Sequence record: OZ196285.1
Length of the DNA stretch: 64,000 bases
Strand: one strand, 5' to 3'
Part shown: positions 1-10,068 of the stretch, piece after piece
Layout: each line of letters starts with the position of its first letter
How positions within the stretch are numbered: position 1 is the first letter of the stretch
Notes under the pieces: generated by a model
What the model saw: only the letters and a program-made list of their open reading frames with translations
Told to the model about the DNA's origin: nothing
Database searches by the model: none
Position numbers and translations under genes: made by a program

Positions 1-80
1 AACTTTAAGTTTAACAGAGTTGACATTGACGCTATGATGTATTTGTCAACTCGACAACTCACAACTAAAAGGTCTACTAC

Positions 81-794
81 ATGGGCAAGAAAAAACCTTC
101 AGAAGATCCTCGTAACTCACAAAAAGTTGAATTACTTTCTTTCAATCAAGAGCAATACGCAAGCGCGATTGAAGAGGAAGTCAAAGAAGATGGCTCAGGC
201 GCATTCGTCTTTGCAATCGGTTCGGCTGGTACGGGTAAAACATGGTTAGCGACAACATTGGGTGCTGATTTATATTCAATGTTCGCGTACAATCAATTCT
301 TGATCTTGAAGCCAACACTTTCGTGTGGTGAAGAACTTGGCTATTTGCCGGGTACTCTTGAAGAGAAAATGGAACCGTGGATTCAAACAGTCACGCAGCC
401 GTTGAAAGACCGTCTGGGTGCTGACAAGTTCAAATGTGATTGGAACAAGCGTATTCACGCAGAGCCTATTCAGTTCGTTCGTGGTAAAACGTTCGATAAC
501 TGTTTCATTGTAGTCGATGAAGCTCAAAACTTAACGAAGACTGAAATTGAAACTATCATGACTCGTATCGGTGAGAACACGAAAATGGTGTTCTGTGGCG
601 ACTTGAAACAAGACGACCACAAGCTAATCTACCGAACAGGCAAGAAAGAAATCAGCGGTCTAGCATGGATGGTGAACGAGATTCGTCGTCAGCAACGTGC
701 AGGTATTGAAATCATCGAATTCACTAAAGAAGATGTTGTTCGTTCAGGTGCTTGTAAAATGGCATTAGACATCATCGACACAGCAGGGGATTAA
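81..794 (+). CDS. phoH: PhoH-like ATPase
   Basis: Walker A GSAGTGKT, GYLPG..EEKM motif, FVRGKTF, Walker B VVDEAQN, GDLKQDD. Confidence 0.95.
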   Translation: MGKKKPSEDPRNSQKVELLSFNQEQYASAIEEEVKEDGSGAFVFAIGSAGTGKTWLATTLGADLYSMFAYNQFLILKPTLSCGEELGYLPGTLEEKMEPWIQTVTQPLKDRLGADKFKCDWNKRIHAEPIQFVRGKTFDNCFIVVDEAQNLTKTEIETIMTRIGENTKMVFCGDLKQDDHKLIYRTGKKEISGLAWMVNEIRRQQRAGIEIIEFTKEDVVRSGACKMALDIIDTAGD

Positions 795-1108
795 TGAAAA
801 CACTGATCAATAACAAGACAGTGAAGATCACAGACTCTGGCAACTTCAATAAGCTTGTCAGAGTCTGGTTCGATAAAGACGGCGTTGAAATTGTCGGTCT
901 ATCTCTCGATGAAGACGATATCGTCAACATCAAAGAGTACAAAAACTTGACCGTACCGGGCGGGGTACACACGCTCATTGCCAAAGCCGTCGAAGGCACT
1001 GTTTACACTTCAACAGTTCTAGGTCGTCTGATATTCAATCGGAAAGACGCATCATACAAGATGAAAGAAGACCGACATCGAATTCAGTTCACTGAGAATC
1101 TGAAATGA
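794..1108 (+). CDS. Hypothetical protein
   Basis: 104-aa ORF coupled to phoH by a TAATG overlap and followed by a terminator. Confidence 0.75.
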   Translation: MKTLINNKTVKITDSGNFNKLVRVWFDKDGVEIVGLSLDEDDIVNIKEYKNLTVPGGVHTLIAKAVEGTVYTSTVLGRLIFNRKDASYKMKEDRHRIQFTENLK

Positions 1109-1110
1109 TA

Positions 1111-1133
1111 AAAGCGCCTACGGGCGCTTTTTT
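1111..1133 (+). terminator. Rho-independent terminator
   Basis: AAAGCGCC-TACG-GGCGCTTT followed by a T run. Confidence 0.85.
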
Positions 1134-1134
1134 G

Positions 1135-1163
1135 TTTAGAACGAGCACTATATACACTATAAT
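1135..1163 (+). promoter_or_regulatory. Sigma70-like early promoter
   Basis: TTTAGA-17 bp-TATAAT upstream of ORF 1211. Confidence 0.65.
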
Positions 1164-1210
1164 GAAGAACGAGACTTCACAACAAAAGCCACAGAACATC
1201 GGGGAGTTGA

Positions 1211-1942
1211 ATGGAACGAACAGAAATCGTAATTCCGACGACTAGCGTTAGAAATGCGGGTTACGAGTTTGAAGTAATTGACACAAGCAAGCTAGATCAC
1301 TTTCATGTACGTTGCGTAACGAATACATTGTACGACAATCAGATTCAAGGTTCTAAACTAGACGGCTTTCGTGCCGAAATAACTTTAATGGACGCAGAAT
1401 CACTAATATTCTTGAACTCAATGAATCTTTATGCTAACTTTACTGAGTCGAACCGTGCAAATAATGGAATGAAGCGAATTAAGTCGGCTCGACATGATTA
1501 TTATCACTATTATCAACAACAAGAGGACTGGTTTAAAGGCATACTCAAACAACACAAGATTACAGTAAAATACCCCGGCGGAGAAACACGAAAGAAGCTT
1601 CCCAAGTTCTACACGTGTGGTCTGCGTTTGTCGAATGTAAGACGTTCGGCAGATAAAGCGTGCGCGATGCTCGTTCTCGACGAGTGCGGCAAGCCGTTGG
1701 TCTATGCTTTTGCAATCGGTAAACTTAGGTACGTTGTGGATGCTTATGATAGAACTATCAACGTTAACTGCCCTGCTCAAATAGGGAAAAGAACAGTTGA
1801 CGTAATCGAATGTTTAGATTACAATGACGGAGACGATTGGAATGACGAAAATGAGCTAGAAGAGACTCATAAAAAGATTGTTATTCCAGATGTATCCGAT
1901 TTAGACAAAGTATTAATGTCACTAGATGAAGAAGAGCTTTAA
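1211..1942 (+). CDS. Hypothetical protein
   Basis: 243-aa ORF with SD GGGGAG and an upstream promoter; no family recognised. Confidence 0.75.
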   Translation: MERTEIVIPTTSVRNAGYEFEVIDTSKLDHFHVRCVTNTLYDNQIQGSKLDGFRAEITLMDAESLIFLNSMNLYANFTESNRANNGMKRIKSARHDYYHYYQQQEDWFKGILKQHKITVKYPGGETRKKLPKFYTCGLRLSNVRRSADKACAMLVLDECGKPLVYAFAIGKLRYVVDAYDRTINVNCPAQIGKRTVDVIECLDYNDGDDWNDENELEETHKKIVIPDVSDLDKVLMSLDEEEL

Positions 1943-1946
1943 TTAT

Positions 1947-2255
1947 ATGATGAACGAACAGCCAGTAACAAACTACACCGATATGTCAGAACTAGCACTA
2001 GACATCGCAGCTTATGCTTCACTATTAGTAAAAATGGGTCACTGCGATTGCGTGACGAATCAAAAACTTTTCGTTGAAATGTGCAACGAAGCAGGCTTTA
2101 GAACAATTACAGGTAAAGAATTCAGTCAAATGTCATTCAGAAAGATGTTTTTCCGATTACCGAAACGAATCAAAGATGAAGTACGCAAGATTTTCGAATG
2201 GGGCGACAATGCACCAGGCGAATCTCTATTAGAATCAGTTTATAATGTACATTAA
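1947..2255 (+). CDS. asiA: AsiA-like anti-sigma70 factor
   Basis: ASLLVK..D.V.N...F....NE.G....G....Q.SFRK aligns by eye with T4 AsiA. Start moved from 1926 to ATG 1947. Converges on the holin-position gene as in T4. Confidence 0.8.
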   Translation: MMNEQPVTNYTDMSELALDIAAYASLLVKMGHCDCVTNQKLFVEMCNEAGFRTITGKEFSQMSFRKMFFRLPKRIKDEVRKIFEWGDNAPGESLLESVYNVH

Positions 2256-2263
2256 GAGGCAAC

Positions 2264-2557
2264 ATGAATTTCGAAAGAGCACTAGAAGCAATTAAAGACG
2301 GGCTGCGCGTGCAGCGTGAGGGTTGGAACGGTAAGGACATGTTTGTTGTTCAGATGCCGGCTCTATATCTGCCGCCATACAACACACAAGAACCCGGTCC
2401 TAAAGTGAACGACCGTACTGCTAAACACATCGGCGAAGATACGCCACTTGACTGTCAGCCGTATATCGCGTTGTTTACTCAAGACAAACTATGGCAACCT
2501 GGGTGGTTACCCTCTCAAGCAGATCTGTTTGCTGAAGACTGGGAAGTTTTAGATTAA
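2264..2557 (+). CDS. DUF2829 protein, Tad2-like (Thoeris anti-defence)
   Basis: MNF..AL..K.G..V.R.GWNGK.MF and GW.PSQ.D..AEDW motifs. Confidence 0.85.
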   Translation: MNFERALEAIKDGLRVQREGWNGKDMFVVQMPALYLPPYNTQEPGPKVNDRTAKHIGEDTPLDCQPYIALFTQDKLWQPGWLPSQADLFAEDWEVLD

Positions 2558-2559
2558 AA

Positions 2560-2599
2560 AAAAAGGCGTGAATCTGTAATATCAGGTTCACGCCTTTTT
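2560..2599. terminator. Bidirectional terminator
   Basis: A run, GGCGTGAA...TTCACGCC stem, T run; lies between convergent genes. Confidence 0.85.
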
Positions 2600-2612
2600 G
2601 TTGGTCACTACT

Positions 2613-3176
2613 TTACTGTTGGTCAGATAATTTCTCTACCCTAGCATCCAATTTTTCGATTTGCGCCTTTAGCATATCTGCTTCAGAACTCGTGAAACGG
2701 TCTTCGTTAACTGCGTCTAGGCGTGTGTTCACTCTCGCCAAGTCTGCTGCGAATTCACCGTCTTTCGCATTACGCGCATCGATTTTGATGCCTAATTCTC
2801 TCTGAGATTCATGCAGTGTGGCAATGTTGGCACGCAAACTTACGTCTGCTGCTGTAGTTGTCACACGAAGAGATTCAACACTTGTTTCTAGTTTGCCGTA
2901 TGAAGCAAGCAACTGATCTTGCTTATGTCCAATCGCTGCTTGTTGCCCTTCGAGTGAAATAAGCTGCTGCGCTTGCGTTGCATTGGTTAATTTAATGTCG
3001 CCAATCTCTTGCACGATTTTAGTGTTTAGCTCAATGGTGGTAGCGCCTTGGTCTTGTAAAACTACAAGAGCCTCTTGCATCCCACCATAGCTTGTCGCTA
3101 CACTCAATGAAGATATAGATAGAGGAATAAGAATCGTCCCTACAATTGCTAAAACGCCTTGCCAGAACTTTGTCAT
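2613..3176 (-). CDS. Membrane-anchored coiled-coil protein; candidate holin (T position) or i-spanin
   Basis: One N-terminal hydrophobic helix then a long coiled coil; own TATAAATA promoter; sits after the fibre genes and converges on asiA. Confidence 0.5.
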   Translation of the reverse strand: MTKFWQGVLAIVGTILIPLSISSLSVATSYGGMQEALVVLQDQGATTIELNTKIVQEIGDIKLTNATQAQQLISLEGQQAAIGHKQDQLLASYGKLETSVESLRVTTTAADVSLRANIATLHESQRELGIKIDARNAKDGEFAADLARVNTRLDAVNEDRFTSSEADMLKAQIEKLDARVEKLSDQQ

Positions 3177-3219
3177 AGTATTGGTTCCTATGTATTATTT
3201 ACTCTTATGTCTTCAAACG

Positions 3220-3227
3220 TATTTATA
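3220..3227 (-). promoter_or_regulatory. T4-type late promoter
   Basis: TATAAATA on the minus strand, overlapping the fibre stop codon. Confidence 0.75.
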
Positions 3228-6200
3228 AGCGGAAAAGTTTCTTCCACCACGGCTTTTTAAGCTCTTGTACTTCGTTCTGAAGCGTATTGACAGTTTCGTT
3301 AAGCTCTTTAATCGATTCGATTATAAGACCGCTTAGATTGCCGTACGCGACTGATTTGATGCCATCCGCGTCGTTATTATCGGCGCGAACCGCTTCAGGC
3401 AGAACTTTCTCAACTTCTTGAGCAATCACACCCGTTTCACGCGTTGTCTTGTCTTCGTGCAATGACAATTTCTTGTCGTAAACATACCCGCCAAGTTGCA
3501 TGATCTTCTCTAGTGGATTTTCGATGCGCTCGATGTTGCTTTTCAGGCGAATATCAGAGTAAGCAGTTACGTTGCCAGTTGCAGTAAAGTGCCCTGCATC
3601 ATCGAACGTAAATCGAGTCGTTGATCCGTCACGAACATACCAGTTACCAATACCGCTGTTCAAGTCAGTGTACATGTGAGAGCCATTACAGAAGAACTCG
3701 ACATCATCACTTGAACCGAAACGCATGATATCGTTATCAGCCAAATCGATTGCTGTACGAACACTCAACGTTCCATTAACCGTCATGCTACCAGTTATCG
3801 TACCGCCAGTTAGCGGTAAGTATCCCGCGCCTGACAGAGGAGCAAAACGCGCATCAGCTTCAGCTTCTGTGTAGTAACGACCATCATGTGTATGCGAATC
3901 GTTAGCAACTGCAACAGTGATCGAAGCGTTCGCTGAACCATCGAACAAGACTGAACCACTAGCATCACCTGCTAATGAAATCGTACGGGCTGTATTCAAC
4001 TTAGTTGCTGTTCCCGCATTTCCGTTCAGTGCACCTTGGAATGTGTTTGCTAACACCGTACCAGTAGACGCTTGAAATTTGAAACTAGAAGTGTCATACA
4101 AGGCGTTACTGTTGTTATGCCAAACTACAGGATAGAACGTAGATGACGTTGAGTTAGAAACAGTTACTTTGCTTGCAGCATCTAATATTCCAAGATATTT
4201 CGCACTCAGTGCAGTAGTACCCTCGTAAATCGAGTTCGCGTACAGTTGACTGAATCTCCATGTACTTGTACCTAGAGCACCCACCCCATTCGAATGTGGC
4301 AATAGGCCATCACTCGTTATACGCACATATGCAGTTGTTGAATTACTTCTACCGGTCATTTGACGATATGTACTTGAATCGTTAATGCCCATGTAATTGG
4401 TGTGCGCGTGACTATCGTTAGCAACAGTAACGGTCAGAGTTTTGTTAGCTGATCCGTCAATCGAAACTGAACCACTTACATCACCGTTAAGCGTGATCGT
4501 ACGAGCTGTTGTCCATTTATCAGCATTCGGATGATAGTTGTCTGCAAACAATCTTTCCCATGATGACCATGTCCCGTTATTTTGACCGCGAACATACCAA
4601 GCGTTGGTTCTCCAGTCACTTGCTTGCTGCGTCTGCCACGAAACACTATATGAGTTCGTTTGAATCGCGTGATCTTGTCCCGAAGGTGCGTTACTTGCAT
4701 CGGCTCCAAGATAACGAACTGAGAACCCGCCAACATCACCTACTGTGTCTGCGTTGACTGTTGATTTATCAGCCAAGAACGCATCAAATCTATCATGCGC
4801 GTGACTATCGTTAGCAACAGTAACGGTCAGAGTTTTATTAGCTGATCCGTCAATCGAAACTGAACCAGTCGCATCGCCACTTAACGTGATCGTACGAGCT
4901 GTTGTCCATTTATCAGCATTCGGATGATAGTTGTCTGCAAACACACGCTGTGTGTTGTTTGCATAAATCTCGCCCTCTGCATACGTTGCGTCGCGAGTAA
5001 CCCAGAAAGAACGTCGGTTGATAACATGACCAGTCGTATCACTCGCAGTTGAATGCAACACACTGAATGAATCATTATCGTCATTTGCAGAGATTACAAC
5101 CGCAGCATGACCGTTATCAGGGCCCCACAATGAAAGACAGTTGTTCGAACCTGGGATTAAACCATCGCCCGGGTTTGTGCTTCTGGTAATGTACGCGCCA
5201 GTATCGAATAGTAGCGAATTAACACCCAATATAAGCGAACCCGTCATTGTATCGCCTGATTTAGACACGTAGCGAGCGTTCGATTCTGCTTCTGTGTAGT
5301 AACGACCATCATGCGTGTGCGAATCGTTAGCAACAGTAACGGTCAGCGTTTTATTAGCTGATCCGTCAATCGAAACTGAACCACTTACATCACCGTTAAG
5401 CGTGATCGTACGAGCTGTTGTCCATTTATCAGCATTCGGATGATAGTTGTCTGCAAACACACGCTGTGTGTTGTTTGCATAAATGCTACCAGTCATGTAC
5501 ACGTTATTGCTTTCTCGTGCACCGCTCATTACAAGATGGTCGGCTCCCCCAGTTCTACGCCACAACTGCCAGTCGTTCACGTCACCATCATACTTCAAGA
5601 AAGCACCATGCTGTCCGCTATCTTCAGTCATACGCAATTCAGAATCGGTGTTTGCAGTTGCATTCAAGTGAAGTAATGAGTTTGCTTTAGTGATCGTCAG
5701 ATTACCCGTCATCGAATCACCAGACTTAGAAACGTATCCCGCACCATTAATAGGCGCGAATCGTGCATTAGCTTCTGCTTCTGTGTAGTAACGACCATCA
5801 TGAGTGTGCGAATCGTTCAGAACAACAACTTCTAGTGTTTCGTTTTCAGAACCATCGATTGAAACTGAACCAGTTGCATCGCCTGAAAGACTTAGTGTTC
5901 TTGCTGTTGTCCATCTATCCGCATTCGGATGGTATGTGTCGGTGAAGAACATGCGCCAGTCTGCCCATGTGCTTTCATCAGTCGCTACACGAGTGCCAAC
6001 GTTGCCGTTATCACCGAATGCGAATTGCAAACTACGACCACCACTCGATCCCTGCCATGCATCGAAGTTCATCACTCGGTGGTATGTGCCACCTCCATGA
6101 GTAAAGCCGTCAATCGTGTTGTACTTGAAGTGATACTCAACACCATCACCGTAGTCGCTTGGTAGATAATCAACACTTCGGCTATCTTTGCGCGGTAGAA

Positions 6201-7035
6201 CATCAGCTCCACCCGCCCCTTGACCAACTCTCATGTATCGAGTATCGTGCGTATGCGAATCGTTTACAACTGAAACGATCAGTGTTCGATTAGACGAACC
6301 ATCGATTGAAACTGAACCAGTCGCATCGCCACTTAACGTGATCGTACGAGCTGTTGTCCATTTATCAGCATTCGGATGATATGCATCGTGAAATACATCA
6401 TTGCCCTTGTACGTGATGCTCATCGCGTTCACGTCAAACGTCGAGCCATCACTACCGACACGAAATGCGTTGTCTGTTCGAACAACTGACGATCCGAAGT
6501 AAATACCGCTCGTGAAATCAAGCTGATCGTTGATTCTCAGCCATGCATCATATCCGCGCATAACAGTTTTATCGTTAATCGATAGATCATCGACGAACAA
6601 TTTAAACTCATTGCTGTACAGAGAAACACGCGTATTTGATGTACTACCTTCACGAAACGAAACGAACCCACCATCATTGACTAAAAACCAGTTTTGAGCA
6701 TTAGAGCCTGAGTTATCAGTCAGCGTTAGTCGTGGCGAGCTACCCTGTATTTCAATATCATTCGCAGCAACAGTCAATTTACCAGTCATCGTGTCACCAT
6801 CGCGCTTCATGTACCCCGATGGTACAGTATCAGCAAAACGCGTGTCTGCTTCTTCTCTGGTATATGCTGACGTACTGCCTCCGTTACCAAGCTCACTCGG
6901 TAACGGAGTGTCGTGTTCTGTGAAGATTTTATAGCCGCTGTAGCGAATTGTCTCGCCTTGTGTATCAAAGCGTAAATTCCCCCCATGCCATACTATGTTA
7001 CCGCCAATCGCAGTAGTTGACTTTAATTCTGCCAT
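3223..7035 (-). CDS. Long tail fibre with gp36-like N-terminus, six internal repeats and a C-terminal intramolecular chaperone (peptidase S74-like)
   Basis: N-terminus MAELKSTTAIGGNIVWHGGN resembles T4 gp36; repeated HPNADKWTTARTITL.GD..GSVSIDGS..NDSH.H; C-terminal YSDIRLKSNI...GVIAQEV...VAYGNL. Confidence 0.88.
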   Translation of the reverse strand: MAELKSTTAIGGNIVWHGGNLRFDTQGETIRYSGYKIFTEHDTPLPSELGNGGSTSAYTREEADTRFADTVPSGYMKRDGDTMTGKLTVAANDIEIQGSSPRLTLTDNSGSNAQNWFLVNDGGFVSFREGSTSNTRVSLYSNEFKLFVDDLSINDKTVMRGYDAWLRINDQLDFTSGIYFGSSVVRTDNAFRVGSDGSTFDVNAMSITYKGNDVFHDAYHPNADKWTTARTITLSGDATGSVSIDGSSNRTLIVSVVNDSHTHDTRYMRVGQGAGGADVLPRKDSRSVDYLPSDYGDGVEYHFKYNTIDGFTHGGGTYHRVMNFDAWQGSSGGRSLQFAFGDNGNVGTRVATDESTWADWRMFFTDTYHPNADRWTTARTLSLSGDATGSVSIDGSENETLEVVVLNDSHTHDGRYYTEAEANARFAPINGAGYVSKSGDSMTGNLTITKANSLLHLNATANTDSELRMTEDSGQHGAFLKYDGDVNDWQLWRRTGGADHLVMSGARESNNVYMTGSIYANNTQRVFADNYHPNADKWTTARTITLNGDVSGSVSIDGSANKTLTVTVANDSHTHDGRYYTEAESNARYVSKSGDTMTGSLILGVNSLLFDTGAYITRSTNPGDGLIPGSNNCLSLWGPDNGHAAVVISANDDNDSFSVLHSTASDTTGHVINRRSFWVTRDATYAEGEIYANNTQRVFADNYHPNADKWTTARTITLSGDATGSVSIDGSANKTLTVTVANDSHAHDRFDAFLADKSTVNADTVGDVGGFSVRYLGADASNAPSGQDHAIQTNSYSVSWQTQQASDWRTNAWYVRGQNNGTWSSWERLFADNYHPNADKWTTARTITLNGDVSGSVSIDGSANKTLTVTVANDSHAHTNYMGINDSSTYRQMTGRSNSTTAYVRITSDGLLPHSNGVGALGTSTWRFSQLYANSIYEGTTALSAKYLGILDAASKVTVSNSTSSTFYPVVWHNNSNALYDTSSFKFQASTGTVLANTFQGALNGNAGTATKLNTARTISLAGDASGSVLFDGSANASITVAVANDSHTHDGRYYTEAEADARFAPLSGAGYLPLTGGTITGSMTVNGTLSVRTAIDLADNDIMRFGSSDDVEFFCNGSHMYTDLNSGIGNWYVRDGSTTRFTFDDAGHFTATGNVTAYSDIRLKSNIERIENPLEKIMQLGGYVYDKKLSLHEDKTTRETGVIAQEVEKVLPEAVRADNNDADGIKSVAYGNLSGLIIESIKELNETVNTLQNEVQELKKPWWKKLFRL
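3501..3975. repeat. ~475-bp near-identical direct repeat, copy 1
   Basis: Matches 7372-7846 with few substitutions; encodes the fibre tip and start of the chaperone. Confidence 0.85.
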
Positions 7036-7064
7036 GTTTTTAATCTCATTTGTGCATTTACATG

Positions 7065-7071
7065 TATTTAG
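7065..7071 (-). promoter_or_regulatory. Late promoter variant CTAAATA
   Basis: About 30 nt upstream of the 7035 start; the same variant precedes several late genes. Confidence 0.65.
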
Positions 7072-7078
7072 CAGACAT

Positions 7079-7103
7079 AAAAAAAGCCCCGACGGGGCTT
7101 TTT
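7079..7103. terminator. Terminator after the 973-aa fibre
   Basis: AAAAAAAGCCCC-GAC-GGGGCTTTTT. Confidence 0.85.
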
Positions 7104-7105
7104 AG

Positions 7106-10027
7106 TTAATTAAACAGTTTACTGTATATTTTTTTGTACCACGGAGTTTCAAGTCGTTCAACTTTTTCATTAAGCTCCTTGATTGATTCTACTAACAAGC
7201 CAATCATGTTTCCGTAAGCTACAGATTTGATGCTATCGGGGTCGTTAGCGTCAACGTGTACCGCTTCAGGCAGAACTTTCTCAACTTCTTGAGCAATCAC
7301 ACCCGTTTCACGTCTCGTCTCGCTCTCGCTCATAGAACGCTTCTTATCGTACGTGTAGCCACTAAGCTGTTTGATCTTCTCTAGTGGATTTTCGATGCGC
7401 TCGATGTTGCTTTTCAGGCGAATATCAGAGTAAGCAGTTACGTTGCCAGTTGCAGTAAAGTGTCCTGCATCATCGAACGTAAATCGAGTTGTCGAACCGT
7501 CACGAACATACCAGTTACCGATGTCACTATTCAAGTCAGTGTACATGTGGGAGCCATTACAGAAGAACTCGACATCATCACTTGAACCGAAACGAAGAAT
7601 GTCATTATCTGCTAAGTCAATCGCAGTGCGAACACTCAACGTACCGTTCACCGTCATACTACCAGTTATCGTACCGCCAGTTAGCGATAAGTATCCCGCA
7701 CCGTTAATAGGTGCGAATCGTGCATCAGCTTCAGCTTCTGTGTAGTAACGACCATCATGTGTATGCGAATCGTTAGCAACTGCAACAGTGATCGAAGCGT
7801 TCGCTGAACCATCGAACGAGACTGAACCACTAGCATCACCTGCTAAACTGATTGTTCTTGCTGTTGCAAGCTTCGATGCGCTTGATGCGTTGCCAATGAA
7901 CGACGCTGCTGTTACCGATCCACGAAATTCCCAGTTGTTTGAGTTGTATTTGTTTCTAGCCGTCCAGTTATCATCAGAACCTGCTCGGTTAAACAGTGTG
8001 ATGTAGTCTGAGCCAGAGCCAGAGCCAGTCGGAGTACCGTCACCGTTGTACTCAAGACCACCACCATGAGTTGAAGACTGACCCACATAAATTCGACCAG
8101 TACCTTGCGACCCACCCATTGCTTGAATATTAGCCACGCCCGCATCGTCACAAATCACATTTAGTGTTGATGATGTGCCTGCATCGATAGTCATACTACC
8201 CGTCAGCGATCCACCCGTCAGCGGTAAGTATCCCGCACCATTAATAGGTGCGAATCGTGCATTAGCTTCTGCTTCTGTGTAGTAACGACCATCATGTGTA
8301 TGCGAATCGTTAGCAACTGCAACAGTCAAAGTCTTGTTCGCTGAACCATCAATTGAAACTGACCCACTAGCATCACCTGCTAAACTGATTGTTCTTGCTG
8401 TCGCCCATTTGCTTGCCGTCGTTGCGTTACCAGTCAATGCACCACTGAATTTTGTTGCAAAAACAGTCCCAGACGATCCTTCAAACTGAACACCAGTATG
8501 ACTATACATTAAGCCATTAACGTCAACAGTCATCGGGTATTTACCGCTGAACGTCGTTGTGATATCAACTCGATCTGCTAATGCTGCATGAGTTGCTTCG
8601 TTCACATCGACTGTGATACTCGCGTTAGCTGAACCGTCCCATGATACTGAGCCAGTTGCATCACCAGTAAGACTTAATGTTCTTGCAGTTGTCCATTTAT
8701 CAGCATTCGGGTGATAGTTGTCCATGAAAATACGCTGAGATGTTGCGTCGGACGTTGTATTACTCGTATTGTTTTTATACGCATAATGTAGTTTATCAAT
8801 GTTGCTAGTATCCGTCCATAATGAATGTCTGAACTTAGACCCCCCGTTATGACCCCACTGAATCCAGTTGATGAAATCATTACTAGGTGCCCCAGAAACA
8901 TTAGATGCCGACCCGGTTCTAAATTCGTCAGTTTGCGCGTTCCAGTCTGCGTTTAACGGGTCGATTCTAGTATGTAAGTGACTATCGTCTGCAACTACGA
9001 CATTGATACTTGCATTAGTTGATCCGTCAATCGAAACTGAACCACTAGCATCACCAGTAAGACTCAACGTTCTTGCAGTAGCCCATCGACTTGATGTTGA
9101 AGCATTACCACTTAATGCGCCGTATACCGTATTAATGTACGCACTACTAAACCTCCAAGAAGATGTACCCAAAACACTGCCACCAGAAGTGCCAGATTTA
9201 TAGGGAAGCAAACCGGATGCAGGTGTACAAATATAAGTATTTGCATTAGTCTTACCACGAATTTGATAATAAGACCCAGATGGGCTTAATGTATCACCCC
9301 GAGCATATCTAGTATCATGTGTATGGCTATCATTTGCAACTACAGTTGTAATCGTAGTAGTTTTATTCCCAGTGCCATCCACGCTCATTGATGCCGAACC
9401 CGTAACATCGCCCGTTAATGTAGTTGTTAATGTTCTCGCAGTCGTCCATTTATCAGCATTCGGGTGATAGTTGTCCGCAAACACGCGTTGCGTGCCACTT
9501 GCGTAGATGTTACCACCAACGACAATATGTAACGGGTGCGACGTTGAACTCGTGTCTTCGAAAAACAAGGCTTGACCCGACGTATTCGGCAGATTACCAT
9601 CAGTTATTTCGTGACGAATTCTCGCGTTCTGTGTTGAGTCGGATACGAAATTAATCGTTGCATCTATAGCTGTACTAGTCGATGTAAGCGACAAGAATGG
9701 AGAATTCCCGTATGCTTCAATTCCGTATTCAAGAACACGCAATTTGCTCCCTTTCAAGTCAAGAACGTTGCTTGAAGATGCATCGAAACGAGCGTCGTAA
9801 TCAGACGCGCCGCCTGAGATATGAAAGTCGATGTATCTACCGACTTCCATAACCCCGTTTGTTCCTATGACTGGAATCATTTCAGTATCTGGCGTTCCAT
9901 CAGTCCCGAAAAGACCGCCAGTCGCAACTACAGCACCGTTTAGCGTATTCAAGATCACATCGTTTAAAGACGTAACCCCTGTTACGTCTATACTACCGTA
10001 AACCGTAGTAGGGCCTAATTTAGCCAT
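7106..10027 (-). CDS. Distal tail fibre with five internal repeats and a C-terminal intramolecular chaperone
   Basis: Same repeat family and chaperone motifs as 3223-7035, but a different N-terminus. Confidence 0.88.
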   Translation of the reverse strand: MAKLGPTTVYGSIDVTGVTSLNDVILNTLNGAVVATGGLFGTDGTPDTEMIPVIGTNGVMEVGRYIDFHISGGASDYDARFDASSSNVLDLKGSKLRVLEYGIEAYGNSPFLSLTSTSTAIDATINFVSDSTQNARIRHEITDGNLPNTSGQALFFEDTSSTSHPLHIVVGGNIYASGTQRVFADNYHPNADKWTTARTLTTTLTGDVTGSASMSVDGTGNKTTTITTVVANDSHTHDTRYARGDTLSPSGSYYQIRGKTNANTYICTPASGLLPYKSGTSGGSVLGTSSWRFSSAYINTVYGALSGNASTSSRWATARTLSLTGDASGSVSIDGSTNASINVVVADDSHLHTRIDPLNADWNAQTDEFRTGSASNVSGAPSNDFINWIQWGHNGGSKFRHSLWTDTSNIDKLHYAYKNNTSNTTSDATSQRIFMDNYHPNADKWTTARTLSLTGDATGSVSWDGSANASITVDVNEATHAALADRVDITTTFSGKYPMTVDVNGLMYSHTGVQFEGSSGTVFATKFSGALTGNATTASKWATARTISLAGDASGSVSIDGSANKTLTVAVANDSHTHDGRYYTEAEANARFAPINGAGYLPLTGGSLTGSMTIDAGTSSTLNVICDDAGVANIQAMGGSQGTGRIYVGQSSTHGGGLEYNGDGTPTGSGSGSDYITLFNRAGSDDNWTARNKYNSNNWEFRGSVTAASFIGNASSASKLATARTISLAGDASGSVSFDGSANASITVAVANDSHTHDGRYYTEAEADARFAPINGAGYLSLTGGTITGSMTVNGTLSVRTAIDLADNDILRFGSSDDVEFFCNGSHMYTDLNSDIGNWYVRDGSTTRFTFDDAGHFTATGNVTAYSDIRLKSNIERIENPLEKIKQLSGYTYDKKRSMSESETRRETGVIAQEVEKVLPEAVHVDANDPDSIKSVAYGNMIGLLVESIKELNEKVERLETPWYKKIYSKLFN
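7372..7846. repeat. ~475-bp near-identical direct repeat, copy 2
   Basis: Matches 3501-3975. Confidence 0.85.
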
Positions 10028-10060
10028 ATATGTTTTCCCAATAAGTTATGTATAATGAGT

Positions 10061-10068
10061 TATTTATA
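10061..10068 (-). promoter_or_regulatory. T4-type late promoter
   Basis: TATAAATA upstream of 10027. Confidence 0.75.

Noticed and set aside
1211-1942. MotA
   Set aside because: The position fits, but no similarity to T4 MotA is visible.
3500-9560. Repeats in the fibre genes as a CRISPR array or DGR template
   Set aside because: They are in-frame protein repeats with long coding spacers. No cas or reverse transcriptase gene is present, and no adenine-specific mismatch pattern was noticed.
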